This document shows positions 44,147 through 55,028 of a DNA stretch of 64,000 nt, piece by piece. The stretch covers positions 1-64,000 of the forward strand of contig CAVVOP010000021.1 of NCBI GenBank assembly GCA_963749915.1, read 5' to 3'. The notes below the pieces were generated by a model. That model had not been told where the DNA came from. It saw nothing but the letters and a program-made list of their open reading frames with translations, and searched no databases. The stretch comes from an uncultured cyanobacterium (GTDB lineage: Bacteria; Cyanobacteriota; Cyanobacteriia; Cyanobacteriales; Cyanobacteriaceae). Position 1 is the stretch's first letter; each line of letters starts with the position of its first letter. A program made the position numbers and the translations under genes.

Positions 44147-46246
44147 TCAAGTAGCTTGGGCGATCAATACGACACAGGAACGAGCTTCAACGGGATAGGT
44201 ATCCCCCGTATGGGGGGATATCTCGCCCAATTCACAGAATGCCTCCGGCAGAGACAGTGCCGTGTTCACCACGCGATGCCAGCGTTCTCCCTCACCCAAG
44301 AGAGGCAGTTCAAACTCCAGTTCCTCCCAATAGGCATTGAGCATGACGTGCAGGTATTCCTTGGACTGGGGATGGCGCAGGGAAAAGGCGAGGCTGCAGG
44401 ACTCATCACTCCAATCTGGCTGTCCTAACTTAACCCCGTGCCAGCTAAGGTGGGGTTTGCGACTGGCGTAGGAGACTTGGAGTCGAATTTCCTGGCGGAA
44501 TACTTCTAATCCTTGAATGAAATCAATCAGCCGCCGCAAGAAGCACCACAAATCGAACTGTGCGTCAATCTGATCCCAGTCCAACCAAGTCAATTCGTTG
44601 TCCTGGCAGTAGGCATTGTTATTGCCCTGCTGAGTGCGCCGCACCTCGTCTCCCATCAGGAGCATCGGCGTTCCCTGAGACAGAAAGAGGATGGTCAAGA
44701 AGTTCTTAATTTGCCGTAGCCGCAAAGCTTCTATTTCGGCATTGTCCGTCTCGCCCTCCTCGCCGCAATTCCAGCTAAAGTTGTCATTAGCCCCATCCCG
44801 ATTGTCCTCCCGATTAGCTTCGTTGTGCTTGCTGTTATAGGACACGAGATCGTTGAGGGTAAAACCGTCGTGACAGGTGATGAAGTTAATGCTGCGGTTG
44901 ATATCCGTATCCTGCCGCCGGTAGATATCGGGACTGCCTAAAATTCTCGCTGCCAGCGTCCTGACCATTCCTGCGTCCCCCTTGACAAAGCGGCGCACGT
45001 CATCCCGAAAGGGACCGTTCCACTCGGCGAACCAGTCGGCATGCTCCACGAACCCTCCCACTGCGTAGAGTCCCGCCGCATCCCAGGCTTCGGCGATCAG
45101 TTTCGTCCCCGCCAGAACAGCATCCGATTCTATCGCCCAGAGGATGCTAAATGTCCTCGCTCCTTGTCGGTGGGAAAAGGGTTGCCCTTGAGCGTCTCGG
45201 TCCAAGACAGCTGCCAAATCGAAGCGGAAGCCATCAACGTGCATTTCTGAGACCCAATAGCGCAGGGAATCTAAAATCAGGCGCCCACCAATAGGGTGAT
45301 TGCCTTTGAATGTATTACCGCAGCCACTGTAGTTGCTGTAAGCTGCCGGGTTGTCGGGTTCGAGAATGTAGTAAGTCGGGTTGTCCAGACCCCGAAACGA
45401 GAGGGTCGGCCCCTTTTCGTTCCCTTCTGCAGTGTGGTTGAAGACCACATCAAGGATGACTTCAATCCCCGCCCGATGCAGTGCCTTGACCAGATCTCGA
45501 AATTCGTTGAGGGGTCCTAGGGGGTCTTTATTGGAACTGTAATCCCGGTGGGGTGCAAAGAAGTTGGCGGTATTGTAGCCCCAGTAATTAATCAGCCCGT
45601 CCGGGGCTGATTCCGGGTCGAAATAGTGGACGGGGAGCAATTCAACGGCAGTAATCCCCAAATTTTTCAGGTAGGGAATTTTTTCCATCAGACCGGCAAA
45701 AGTCCCCCGCTTTTCGGGGGCGACTCCCGAATTGGAATGGCGGGTAAAGCCGCCGACGTGCATTTCGTAGATGACGCTGCTGGCGTAAGGGTGGTGCAAG
45801 GGGCGGTCTCCCTCCCAGTCGTAGGCACTCAGATCGACGACGATGCCACGCAAGGCTTGGGCACAGTTGTCTTTTCCTGGTTCCCGGGCGGCTTGGCGGT
45901 TGTAAATCGAGTAGCCGACGATCGCCTTTGCATAGGGATCGACAAGGACTTTACTAGGGTCGAAGCGTAGTCCTTTCTCTGGCAGTTCTGGCCCGTAGGC
46001 CCGGTAGGCGTAGACTTGCTCGGCCTGCGGCCCCTGAACAAAAACGTGCCAGTAATGGTAAGTGCGGTTCTGTTCAGGCGTAAGGCTAATGATCTGGGCT
46101 GGTTCGGGGTCGTTAGGTGCCGCAAACAGAAGCAGTTCGATTTTTTCGGCGTGTTGGGAAAAGAGCGAGAAGTTAATGCCATCGGAGAAGACAGTTGCAC
46201 CGGGGGGATAGCTCTGGCCAGGTAAAACGGGAAAATTAAAATTCAT
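44147..46246 (-). CDS. glgX: Glycogen debranching enzyme
   Basis: NYWGY, DVVFNHT, DGFRFDLA, AEAWD and CHDGFTL motifs. ATG 46246 preferred. Confidence 0.96.
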   Translation of the reverse strand: MNFNFPVLPGQSYPPGATVFSDGINFSLFSQHAEKIELLLFAAPNDPEPAQIISLTPEQNRTYHYWHVFVQGPQAEQVYAYRAYGPELPEKGLRFDPSKVLVDPYAKAIVGYSIYNRQAAREPGKDNCAQALRGIVVDLSAYDWEGDRPLHHPYASSVIYEMHVGGFTRHSNSGVAPEKRGTFAGLMEKIPYLKNLGITAVELLPVHYFDPESAPDGLINYWGYNTANFFAPHRDYSSNKDPLGPLNEFRDLVKALHRAGIEVILDVVFNHTAEGNEKGPTLSFRGLDNPTYYILEPDNPAAYSNYSGCGNTFKGNHPIGGRLILDSLRYWVSEMHVDGFRFDLAAVLDRDAQGQPFSHRQGARTFSILWAIESDAVLAGTKLIAEAWDAAGLYAVGGFVEHADWFAEWNGPFRDDVRRFVKGDAGMVRTLAARILGSPDIYRRQDTDINRSINFITCHDGFTLNDLVSYNSKHNEANREDNRDGANDNFSWNCGEEGETDNAEIEALRLRQIKNFLTILFLSQGTPMLLMGDEVRRTQQGNNNAYCQDNELTWLDWDQIDAQFDLWCFLRRLIDFIQGLEVFRQEIRLQVSYASRKPHLSWHGVKLGQPDWSDESCSLAFSLRHPQSKEYLHVMLNAYWEELEFELPLLGEGERWHRVVNTALSLPEAFCELGEISPHTGDTYPVEARSCVVLIAQAT

Positions 46247-46322
46247 CTTGGGGATCTCATGATTGATTTTTGGTTGATCTAGGGGCAGGAGGCAGGAGAG
46301 GATCGTCAATAGTTAATTTAAA

Positions 46323-46342
46323 CTTGTCCCCGCCTACGCGGG
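46323..46342. repeat. REP-like palindrome CCCGCCTACGCGGG, copy 1
   Basis: Same core recurs at 48544-48557. Confidence 0.6.
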
Positions 46343-46361
46343 TATGCACAACAGCTTACCT

Positions 46362-48521
46362 TCAGTTAAATGTCGATTTTTCCCGTTCCACCTGTGCCCT
46401 TTCCCAGAAGATTGTTTGTGCACTGCGTTCGGGTTCATCCTCTGCTGGATGACGCTGGACGTATTGACCGTCCGGCTGGAGTTCCCAAGCGTGGCGGTTG
46501 TCAGCTAGCAAGATATCCAGGATCTCTTTCAGTTTTGACTTGATCTCCGGATCAGCGATCGGGGTCACGGCTTCCACCCGCCGGTCTAAGTTGCGGGGCA
46601 TCCAGTCGGCACTGCCGATGAATGATTCTGTCTGTCCGCCATTATGGAAGTAGAAAATGCGGGAGTGTTCCAAGTAAGCACCAACGATGCTGATGACGCG
46701 GATATTTTCGCTAATTCCCTCTATTCCAGGACACAGGCAACAACTGCCACGGATAATCAGGTCGATCTGGACTCCGGCTTGGGAGGCTTCATATAAAGTA
46801 GCAATGAGTTGGGGATCGACTAGGGAATTCATTTTTGCGATGATGCGGGCATCATCGCCGGTTTTTGCCCGCTCGATTTCTCGATAGATAAGTTCTCCCA
46901 GGCGCCGCCGCAAGTTGAAAGGGGCAACTAACAGTTGCCGTAAGGTAGGCTGCTGGGCACAGCCAGTCAGGCAATTGAACAGTTCCGTCAGGTCAGCTCC
47001 CAATTCTTCCCGACAGCTCAACAGCCCCAAGTCCGTGTACAGCTTCGCTGTCTTGGGATTGTAGTTGCCCGTGCCGATGTGGACGTAGCGGCGCAGGTCG
47101 CTACCTTCCTGGCGCACCACCAGCACGGTCTTGGTGTGGGTCTTCAAGCCCAGCACCCCATAGACGACGTGGACTCCTGCCGCTTCCAACTGTTGCGCCC
47201 AGGTGATGTTGCTGGCTTCATCAAAGCGAGCCTTCAACTCGACGAGGGCAACTACCTGTTTCCTGTTGGCCGCCGCCTCCATCAAGGCTTGGACAATGGG
47301 AGAGTCCCCGGAGGTGCGGTAGAGGGTCATTTTCATCGCCAGCACTTGGGGGTCTACTGCTGCCTGGGTGATGAAGAGTTGGACTGAGTCGTCAAAAGAT
47401 TCGTAGGGATGGTGGACGAGTAAATCTCCTTGGCGGATGGCATAAAAGACAGTTCCCTCCTCTGGAATTTCCTGACTGTCCCTCTCTCTGGCTAGTGCCA
47501 AGACCGGCCGGAGGCGCGGGGGAACAACAGGTGTCCAGGGGTGATCTTTGAGAGCCGGCAAGGGCAAAGAGAGGAAGGACATCAAATCCCCCAAGTTCAG
47601 CAGTCCTGTCACTTCATAGACATCCGATTCTGAGAGTGCCAGCCCTCTGATTAAGGTCTCTTTCAGGAAGGGAGTGGCAGTGGCTTGCAATTCTAGCCGC
47701 ACAGCAAATCCCTGGAAGTGGCGCTTGCTGATTTCTTGCTGGATTGCCAGTAGCAGGTCGTCAGCGGCATCCTCCCGAACGGGAAAGTCGGCATCCCGCG
47801 TCACTCGAAAACAGCAGGATTCCTCAACCGCCATCCCCGGAAACAGAGAAGCTAGATTCTGGGCAATGACAGCTTCGATCGCAATTCCCTTCCAGACGAC
47901 TCCGGGTTCGCCCTTCTCAGGCAAGGGGATGAAACGGGACAGGATGTCCGGCACTTTGACTCGGGCGAAGTGCTTCTCCCCCGTCCTTGGGTTCTTGACC
48001 GCTACCGCCAGGTTCAAGCTCAGGTTTGCCATTGAAGGAAACGGGTGAGCGGGATCGACAGCTAGGGGGGTGAGGATGGGAAAGATGTGTTTCTGGAAGT
48101 GTTCTTGCAGGTAGCGTTCCTGTTCGGCATTTAAGTCAGCCCAGTCCAAAAGCCCCACGCCAACAGCAGCTAACTGGAGGCGAAGTTCTCCTTGGAAATG
48201 TTGGTGCTGCTGCACCACCAGGGGGCGGAGGCACTCCTCAATGGCAGTGAGTTGCTGCTGGGGGGTACGCCCATCGGGAGTCAATTGACTGACCTGAGCT
48301 TCCACCTGTTCCTTGAGGGTCGAGACCCGAATCATGAAAAACTCATCGAGGTTGGAACTGAAAATGGCGCTAAATTTCAACCGCTCTAGTAAGGGAGTGC
48401 GGGAGTCGAACGCCTCGTGCAGGACGCGGTAGTTAAACTCTAGCCAGTTCAGTTCCCGATTGAAGTAGTACTGCGAATCTCGCATATTTATTTGGGGGGG
48501 AGATTGTTTGATTTTAGCCAT
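46362..48521 (-). CDS. ppk1: Polyphosphate kinase 1
   Basis: NRELNWLEFN, NLDEFFM, HHPYESF, ELKARFDE, KTH.K and LEHSR motifs. Confidence 0.97.
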   Translation of the reverse strand: MAKIKQSPPQINMRDSQYYFNRELNWLEFNYRVLHEAFDSRTPLLERLKFSAIFSSNLDEFFMIRVSTLKEQVEAQVSQLTPDGRTPQQQLTAIEECLRPLVVQQHQHFQGELRLQLAAVGVGLLDWADLNAEQERYLQEHFQKHIFPILTPLAVDPAHPFPSMANLSLNLAVAVKNPRTGEKHFARVKVPDILSRFIPLPEKGEPGVVWKGIAIEAVIAQNLASLFPGMAVEESCCFRVTRDADFPVREDAADDLLLAIQQEISKRHFQGFAVRLELQATATPFLKETLIRGLALSESDVYEVTGLLNLGDLMSFLSLPLPALKDHPWTPVVPPRLRPVLALARERDSQEIPEEGTVFYAIRQGDLLVHHPYESFDDSVQLFITQAAVDPQVLAMKMTLYRTSGDSPIVQALMEAAANRKQVVALVELKARFDEASNITWAQQLEAAGVHVVYGVLGLKTHTKTVLVVRQEGSDLRRYVHIGTGNYNPKTAKLYTDLGLLSCREELGADLTELFNCLTGCAQQPTLRQLLVAPFNLRRRLGELIYREIERAKTGDDARIIAKMNSLVDPQLIATLYEASQAGVQIDLIIRGSCCLCPGIEGISENIRVISIVGAYLEHSRIFYFHNGGQTESFIGSADWMPRNLDRRVEAVTPIADPEIKSKLKEILDILLADNRHAWELQPDGQYVQRHPAEDEPERSAQTIFWERAQVEREKSTFN

Positions 48522-48541
48522 CGTTTCTTGGGGATTTTATA

Positions 48542-48563
48542 GTCCCGCCTACGCGGGGACAAG
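48542..48563. repeat. REP-like palindrome CCCGCCTACGCGGG, copy 2
   Basis: GTCCCGCCTACGCGGGGACAAG. Confidence 0.6.
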
Positions 48564-48615
48564 CTTTAGCTTGGGCTTTACGTTTTGCTTTCTGCTCCGT
48601 TCAGGGTCGAATTGC

Positions 48616-50532
48616 TTATGGGTTCGCTAATTTTCTAACCTCGCTTATAATCCCATCAGGATCGATCCCCTGGTGAGGATACTGCTCCCACAGCCCACCA
48701 CAACCTTCTCGGTAAGTTCCCAGGTAGGCGTACTTAGGCGTTAAACCCCGTTCCAATAACCAGGAACCGAAGCGGCTCCCCAATCCCGTGCGGCGGTTGA
48801 AGGCCTCCACCACCAAAACGAAGGGGGACTGACCGATTTTTTCTATCATTTCCTCATCTACTACATTCAAGGTGGGTTTATTGATTAACCCCACGTCAAT
48901 TCCCTCCTGCTTGAGCCGCTCCAATGCATCCAGGGCACGATAGAGGCTATCACCGAAGCTGACAATGTAGCCCGCCGTTCCCTCTCGGACAACTTCATCC
49001 TTGCCAGGAATAAAGGTGTAGCCCTCGCTGTAGAGGTCTTTGCCTGACTTATCGAGGAGGTTAGGAACTTTGGAACGAGTAGAAAAGATGAAGCGCAGTC
49101 CAGGATCGTTGAATACAGCTTCCACGCAGGCTTTCATCTGTCCTGCATCGGCTGGGAAGTAGAGACGAGTCTCGTAGCTGTCCTCTAGGCCGTTATCGGC
49201 AAACATATTATTCAAGCCGAAGTGGCAGGTATTGTCCGCCATGTCGTCAATGCCGGCGTGGGAGAAGTGGCAGAGGACATTGGAGAAGTTGAGCCGAGCC
49301 ATGGTGATTTCAGAGATGCACATCTCTAAAAAGGCACTGAAAGTCCCGAAAATGCCCTGCTTGCCCTTCTTCATCCCAAAGCCCGCCGCCGCCGAAAAGT
49401 TAGCCCGTTCCATGATCCCCCCACTGATGAAGATTTCGGGATAGGCTTGGCGAATTTGTTGCAGCCCACAGGAACCTTCTAAGTCGCTATCTACACACAA
49501 GACCTTTTCCTGGCGTTCAGCTACGCTCAGCGAACTGAGGATGGAGACGACAGTGTCACCGAAGACATTACGGTTCGATCCCATCCGGCTACCAGAACCG
49601 AGATAGGTGTAGGGATTCTTCAGCTTGGGAATCCCTTTGAGGTAGGAGACTGCCTTGTCATGTCCCCGCTTTTCTAGGTAGGCAACGGCTAGGTCGAGGG
49701 AAATCACGTCGTGTCCATAGGTCGAGCCTTCCAGCCCTTCAATGCCAATGCACATCTTGCGCCGATTGATGACGGCCACCGGCCCGTCTGTCGCGACCGC
49801 TTGGCAGAGGCGGCGGTAGAGGTTGTCTAGATCTTCCCCTTCTCCCGCCAAGGTCGCCAGTCCCTGTCCCCCTAGGGTGCGGCTGAGGTCGTAGCCCGGT
49901 TGGTATTGGGAGGGGTGGCCGGCAATGGTCACGTCATTGTCGTCGATGACCAACTTGACGTTGAGACGGTGGGCGACGGCGAAGCGTGCGGCTTCCGCAT
50001 CATCTCCTTCCTGCTGCGCCCCGTCGGAACCCAGACAGAAGACGATTTTGTCGGCATTGGCTTTGGCGACTCCATTGACGTAGGGCCAGAGGTGTCCCAG
50101 CCGTCCAGAACTGAACTCGATGCCAGGAGTTAGTCCCAGTTCCGGATGTCCCGGCAGTTTGGAATGAGCTTCCCGGTAGTGGAGGAGGGCTTCGACAGAC
50201 AAGTGACCCCGCAACACTGCCATCAGGTATTGAGTAGCTACCCGGTGCCCTGCTTCGTCGAAGAAGATGGGGACGAATTTGTCGGGTGCACCCCGGAAGA
50301 AGGCATCGAGTATCATCACTTCGGGGACGGTGTCGTAGGGGCCTCCCGTGTGTCCGCCGACCCCTCTAGCGGCACCAGTGGCGGTAAAGAAGACGATCGC
50401 GTCCCGGCACAGTTGGATGTTGCTTTTGAGGGCCTCCTTCTGCTGTTGGGTCAATGCGGGCTGCACGGGGTCTAAGGCCAGGGGCTGATAGGTACTTAAG
50501 TCGAGTGGAAAAGTAGTTGTTGTTACAGTCAT
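48616..50532 (-). CDS. Divergent transketolase-family ThDP enzyme
   Basis: GGHTGG, AGH, PGHPE, SSGRLGH and SDG..QEG..DDN motifs. ATG 50532 preferred. Confidence 0.85.
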   Translation of the reverse strand: MTVTTTTFPLDLSTYQPLALDPVQPALTQQQKEALKSNIQLCRDAIVFFTATGAARGVGGHTGGPYDTVPEVMILDAFFRGAPDKFVPIFFDEAGHRVATQYLMAVLRGHLSVEALLHYREAHSKLPGHPELGLTPGIEFSSGRLGHLWPYVNGVAKANADKIVFCLGSDGAQQEGDDAEAARFAVAHRLNVKLVIDDNDVTIAGHPSQYQPGYDLSRTLGGQGLATLAGEGEDLDNLYRRLCQAVATDGPVAVINRRKMCIGIEGLEGSTYGHDVISLDLAVAYLEKRGHDKAVSYLKGIPKLKNPYTYLGSGSRMGSNRNVFGDTVVSILSSLSVAERQEKVLCVDSDLEGSCGLQQIRQAYPEIFISGGIMERANFSAAAGFGMKKGKQGIFGTFSAFLEMCISEITMARLNFSNVLCHFSHAGIDDMADNTCHFGLNNMFADNGLEDSYETRLYFPADAGQMKACVEAVFNDPGLRFIFSTRSKVPNLLDKSGKDLYSEGYTFIPGKDEVVREGTAGYIVSFGDSLYRALDALERLKQEGIDVGLINKPTLNVVDEEMIEKIGQSPFVLVVEAFNRRTGLGSRFGSWLLERGLTPKYAYLGTYREGCGGLWEQYPHQGIDPDGIISEVRKLANP

Positions 50533-50539
50533 TTCAATT

Positions 50540-51979
50540 TTAGATTTTAGATTTTGGATTGCAGATCGTATGAATCTTGAGGAAGTTGGTGCCACCGGAT
50601 TTGCCCATCGGCACACCTCCCATCACCAGAACCTTGTCACCGGTCGCCGCAAAATTTCGTTGGATTAAATCCGCTTCGATTTTGGGCAGCAAGTCCTCCA
50701 AAGTTTCTTTGGGAAATTGCATCAAGACCGGTCTGACTCCCCAGTTCAAGCTAAGACGGCGGTAAACTTTCGGGTCAGGAGTGTAGGCGACAATGGGTAC
50801 TTGCGGACGCTCTTGGGAGGCGAGGTTAGCCGTGTAACCGGTTTCGGTAAAGGCGACAATGCACTGGAGATCTATCGTGTCATCGATCGCATGGAGTGCC
50901 TCACTAATAGCATCCGCATCGTCAATGCGGTTGGGTGGATAGTTGACAAACTGGGTGGCTGGCTCCACTTCGGTGGCAATGCGAGCCAGCATTTTAACCG
51001 ATTCCAATGGGTAATCGCCCACAGCAGATTCGCCAGAGAGCATGACTGCATCAGTGCCATCTATAATCGCGTTGGCAACGTCACTGGCTTCTGCACGGGT
51101 AGGACGGGGATTATGGATCATGCTGTCCAGCATTTGGGTGGCCGTGATCACCGGGATGCCTTTTTGATTGCACAGTTTGATGATCTGCTTTTGAATCAAC
51201 GGCACCTTTTCGGGACTCATTTCCACCCCTAGGTCACCCCGGGCCACCATGATGGCATCGCATTCATCGACGATCTCCTCTAGGTTAGCGATCGCCTGGG
51301 GTTTCTCCAGCTTTGCCAGTACGGGAATGTTCGCCCCTTTTTCCTTCAGCAACGCCTTCAGAGTTTGAATGTCCTCCGGTTTGCGAACGAAACTAAGGGA
51401 AATGAGATCAACCCCTTGCTCAATACCAAAATCTAGGTCACGCTTGTCCTTCTCGGTCATGGAAGGCAGGCGTAGATTTAACGTGGGGAAGTTGACCCCT
51501 TTGTGACTTTTGAGCAAGCCACCTTCGACGACTTGGCATTGAACTGCATTGCCATCGATTTTCCCTACCCGCAGTTCCAGCAGACCATCATCCAAGAGTA
51601 CCTGGGTTCCAGGTTCGGCTTCTTCTGCCATGTAGGGATAGTCGATGCCAACGGTATTGGGTTGTCCCGTGTAATCGGCGATCGGCAGCAGTGTCAGGGA
51701 TGTGTCTTCCTCAAGCATCACCCCCTCGGCAGGCAGATCCCCCACTCGGATTTTTGGTCCCTGCAAGTCTTGCAGCAACATTAACGGTAAATCCAATTCT
51801 TCAGAGGCGGATCGCAACCGTTTGATCCGTTCTGCGTGATCCTCATAGTTGCCGTGGGAAAAGTTCAGCCGAGCCACGTTCATTCCTGCCAGCAGCATCT
51901 TCCGCATCATATCGGGAGAATCGCTAGCAGGTCCGATCGTCGCTACAATCTTTGTACGGTGGATCAATAATGGTTTCAT
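50540..51979 (-). CDS. pyk: Pyruvate kinase
   Basis: [19 protein letters not shown] and TQMLDSM motifs. The last codons come from an ATTTTAG heptamer repeat (50537-50560). Confidence 0.98.
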   Translation of the reverse strand: MKPLLIHRTKIVATIGPASDSPDMMRKMLLAGMNVARLNFSHGNYEDHAERIKRLRSASEELDLPLMLLQDLQGPKIRVGDLPAEGVMLEEDTSLTLLPIADYTGQPNTVGIDYPYMAEEAEPGTQVLLDDGLLELRVGKIDGNAVQCQVVEGGLLKSHKGVNFPTLNLRLPSMTEKDKRDLDFGIEQGVDLISLSFVRKPEDIQTLKALLKEKGANIPVLAKLEKPQAIANLEEIVDECDAIMVARGDLGVEMSPEKVPLIQKQIIKLCNQKGIPVITATQMLDSMIHNPRPTRAEASDVANAIIDGTDAVMLSGESAVGDYPLESVKMLARIATEVEPATQFVNYPPNRIDDADAISEALHAIDDTIDLQCIVAFTETGYTANLASQERPQVPIVAYTPDPKVYRRLSLNWGVRPVLMQFPKETLEDLLPKIEADLIQRNFAATGDKVLVMGGVPMGKSGGTNFLKIHTICNPKSKI

Positions 51980-52428
51980 AGTAAGCCTTCCTTTTTAGCC
52001 ATATACAGCATCAGATCGATAACCCTGAAAGAGTAGCTCCATTCGTTGTCATACCAAGACACCACTTTGAAGAAGTTGGAATTTAAACCAATTCCCGCTA
52101 GAGCATCAAAGATACTAGAACGGGGGTCGGTACGAAAATCCATGGAAACGATCGCGTCTTTTGCCGGATCGAATTCCTGATGATTCACTCCTACCACAAA
52201 AGTCCGCACTTTATCTGGGTCTTTAGTCGGAGCCGAAATCACAACTCGTTTTGCCCCGGCTGCCCGGTGATTTTCGGCTCCCTCATAGGTAGTAAACAGT
52301 CCAGTAGATTCGACGACATAATCAGCTCCCAGTTTGCCCCAAGGCAGTTCAGCTGGATTTCTGATCGCCAGACAGGGAACAAAATGCCCATTGATTTCAA
52401 TTCCATTAATACCGATTTTGAGTGTCAT
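51976..52428 (-). pseudogene. gap: GAPDH (Gap1-like) reduced to 150 aa by two in-frame deletions
   Basis: [11 protein letters not shown] lacks [14 protein letters not shown] lacks NASCTTN. VVESTG, ISAP and WYDNE are retained. Confidence 0.9.
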
Positions 52429-52465
52429 AATGAATCTCCTATCAATTCTTTATAATACCGAAACT

Positions 52466-52486
52466 GGGCGGGTAAGATGCCCGCCC
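52466..52486. repeat. REP-like hairpin GGGCGGGTAAGATGCCCGCCC
   Basis: GC-rich inverted repeat between glgP and gap. Confidence 0.55.
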
Positions 52487-52499
52487 CACAAAGACCTTA

Positions 52500-55025
52500 C
52501 TAGAAAGTGAGCTTCACATCGCCATTGGCTTGACTGTATTCTGGCACTTCTACTTTTACGGGTAAAGCTTTCCAGATGTTCTGGAGATAGTCCCGAATTG
52601 AACGATCACTGGAGAATTTGCCCATCCGCGCCACATTCAAGATCGACATCCGCGTCCAGTGGTCTTGATCTTGGTATGCCTGACTCACCCGATCCTGGCA
52701 TTCCACATAGGACTGGTAATCGGCAAACAGCAGGTAATCATCGTGATAGAGCAGAGAATCTAGTAAGGGCTTGAACAGGTTGGGGTCGCCGTGGGAGAAG
52801 AACCCAGAGGAAAGGCGATCGATCACCAGTTTCAGTTCTGGGTTGCCGTTGTAGTAATCCCAGGGATTGTAGCCTGCCGCTTTCTTGGCAAGGACTTCTT
52901 CCGTCGTCAAACCAAACAGGAAGAAATTATCGGCTCCTACTGCATCCCGAATTTCAATATTTGCACCATCAAGAGTGCCGATCGTCAACGCCCCATTCAT
53001 GGAGAACTTCATATTGCCTGTACCAGAGGCTTCTTTCCCCGCCGTAGAAATCTGCTCCGAGAGATCGGCAGCGGGATAGACGCGCTGGGCAAACTTGACG
53101 TTGTAATCCTTCAGGAATACCACTTTGAGCCGACCCCGCACATCTGGGTCATTATTGACCACATCGGCGATCGAATTGATCAACTTGATGATCAGCTTCG
53201 CCATGTAGTAACCAGGAGCCGCTTTACCGCCAAAGAGGAAGGTGCGCGGCGTAACATCTAGGTCGGGATTTGCCTTGATCCGGTTATACAGGGTGATGAT
53301 GTAGAGGGCATTCAGGTGTTGTCGTTTGTACTCATGAATGCGTTTCGCCTGAATGTCAAACAGCGAGTCGGGGTCAATTTCAATGTGGTAGTTTGCCCGA
53401 ATATAATCTGTCAGGTCTTGTTTCACCTCTTGTTTCACCTGGCGGAACTCGTTGCGGAAGTTCGCATCATGAATGAAGTTCTCCAGTTTTCGCAGTTCAT
53501 CCAGATTTTTGATCCAGCTATCTCCAATTTTGCTTGTAATCAGGTTTGCCAGTCGGGGGTTGCTCAAGACCATGAAACGGCGAGGAGTAACGCCATTGGT
53601 AACGTTGGTGAACTTCCCTGGATACATCTCGTAGAAGTCGTGCAGGGTCGTCTTCTTCAACAAATCACTGTGGAGTTCGGCAACTCCGTTGACGGCGTAA
53701 CTGCCCACACAGGCGAGGTTTGCCATGCGCACATAGCGATCGCCGCTTTCATCAATGATGGAGATCCGGCCAAGGCGATCGCCATCATCAGGAAACTTGA
53801 TGCGGACTTCATCTAGGAAACGTCCATTAATTTCATAAATAATTTCCAGATGCCGGGGCAACAAACTGCCAAACATACCTAGGGGCCAGCGTTCTAGGGC
53901 CTCTGGTAACAGGGTGTGGTTGGTGTAGGCAAAGGTATTGGTGGTGATGTTCCAGGCCTTGTCCCATTCAAACCCATAGTCATCGAGTAAAAGCCGCATC
54001 AGTTCAGCCACGGCAATGGTGGGATGGGTGTCATTTAACTGAATCCCATAGTGTTCGTGGAATCGTTCCAGAGCCAGATTCTGCATCTTCATTATGCGAA
54101 TCATGTCCTGCAAAGAACAAGAAACAAAGAAGTACTGTTGCTCCAGCCGCAGTTGTTTTCCCTGGTAGGACTCATCATTGGGGTAAAGAACTTTGGTGAT
54201 GTTTTCGCAGGTACTCTTTTCGTGAACGGCTCCGAAATAATCACCTTGGTTAAATGCCTCAAAATCAAAGGACTCTGGTGCTTCCGCTTTCCACAGTCGC
54301 AGGGTGTTGGCGGTATTGGTCTGGAAACCCAGGATCGGGGTGTCGTAGGGAACTCCTTTCACCACCTTATAGGGAACCCAACGACTGCGATAGCGACCAT
54401 GCTCATCAGTGTAAGTTTCAGTATGACCACCAAACTTCACCTCTAATTCTGCCTCTGGACGGGCAACTTCCCAGGGATTGCCATAACGCAACCACTTGTC
54501 TGTGATTTCGACCTGCCAACCGTCTTTGATTTCCTGGTCGAAAATGCCGTATTCGTAGCGGATACCATAACCGATCGCCGGGATTTCCAGGGTTGCCAGA
54601 GAGTCTATGTAGCAGGCGGCTAAGCGGCCTAAACCACCATTGCCTAATCCAGGTTCTTCTTCCTGTTCCAATAGAGTGGTCAGGTTCAGCCCCAATTCCT
54701 CAATGGCTTGTTTGACCACATCGTAGATTCCTAGGTTGATCAAGTTATTGCCCAAGTGAGGACCCATCAAAAACTCGGCAGACAGGTAAGCAACCATCCG
54801 GGGTGCCTTTTCCAAGTAGGTCTGGGTAGTATTCAGCCAGCGATTTAACAGGCGATCGCGCACGGTAAATGCCAGTGCCATGTAGTAGTCGTTCTTGGTC
54901 GATATCTTGGGAAACTTTGCCTGAATGTATAACAGATTGTCCAAAAATGCCCGCTTCAGGGTTTCGACATCAATCCCTGTGCGATCGTCTTCAATTTGAA
55001 TATTATTAGGAACGGTACTGACCAT
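52500..55025 (-). CDS. glgP: Glycogen/starch phosphorylase
   Basis: LGNGGLGRLA, NDTHP, KRIHEYKRQ and EASGTGNMK motifs. Confidence 0.98.
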   Translation of the reverse strand: MVSTVPNNIQIEDDRTGIDVETLKRAFLDNLLYIQAKFPKISTKNDYYMALAFTVRDRLLNRWLNTTQTYLEKAPRMVAYLSAEFLMGPHLGNNLINLGIYDVVKQAIEELGLNLTTLLEQEEEPGLGNGGLGRLAACYIDSLATLEIPAIGYGIRYEYGIFDQEIKDGWQVEITDKWLRYGNPWEVARPEAELEVKFGGHTETYTDEHGRYRSRWVPYKVVKGVPYDTPILGFQTNTANTLRLWKAEAPESFDFEAFNQGDYFGAVHEKSTCENITKVLYPNDESYQGKQLRLEQQYFFVSCSLQDMIRIMKMQNLALERFHEHYGIQLNDTHPTIAVAELMRLLLDDYGFEWDKAWNITTNTFAYTNHTLLPEALERWPLGMFGSLLPRHLEIIYEINGRFLDEVRIKFPDDGDRLGRISIIDESGDRYVRMANLACVGSYAVNGVAELHSDLLKKTTLHDFYEMYPGKFTNVTNGVTPRRFMVLSNPRLANLITSKIGDSWIKNLDELRKLENFIHDANFRNEFRQVKQEVKQDLTDYIRANYHIEIDPDSLFDIQAKRIHEYKRQHLNALYIITLYNRIKANPDLDVTPRTFLFGGKAAPGYYMAKLIIKLINSIADVVNNDPDVRGRLKVVFLKDYNVKFAQRVYPAADLSEQISTAGKEASGTGNMKFSMNGALTIGTLDGANIEIRDAVGADNFFLFGLTTEEVLAKKAAGYNPWDYYNGNPELKLVIDRLSSGFFSHGDPNLFKPLLDSLLYHDDYLLFADYQSYVECQDRVSQAYQDQDHWTRMSILNVARMGKFSSDRSIRDYLQNIWKALPVKVEVPEYSQANGDVKLTF

Positions 55026-55028
55026 AAT

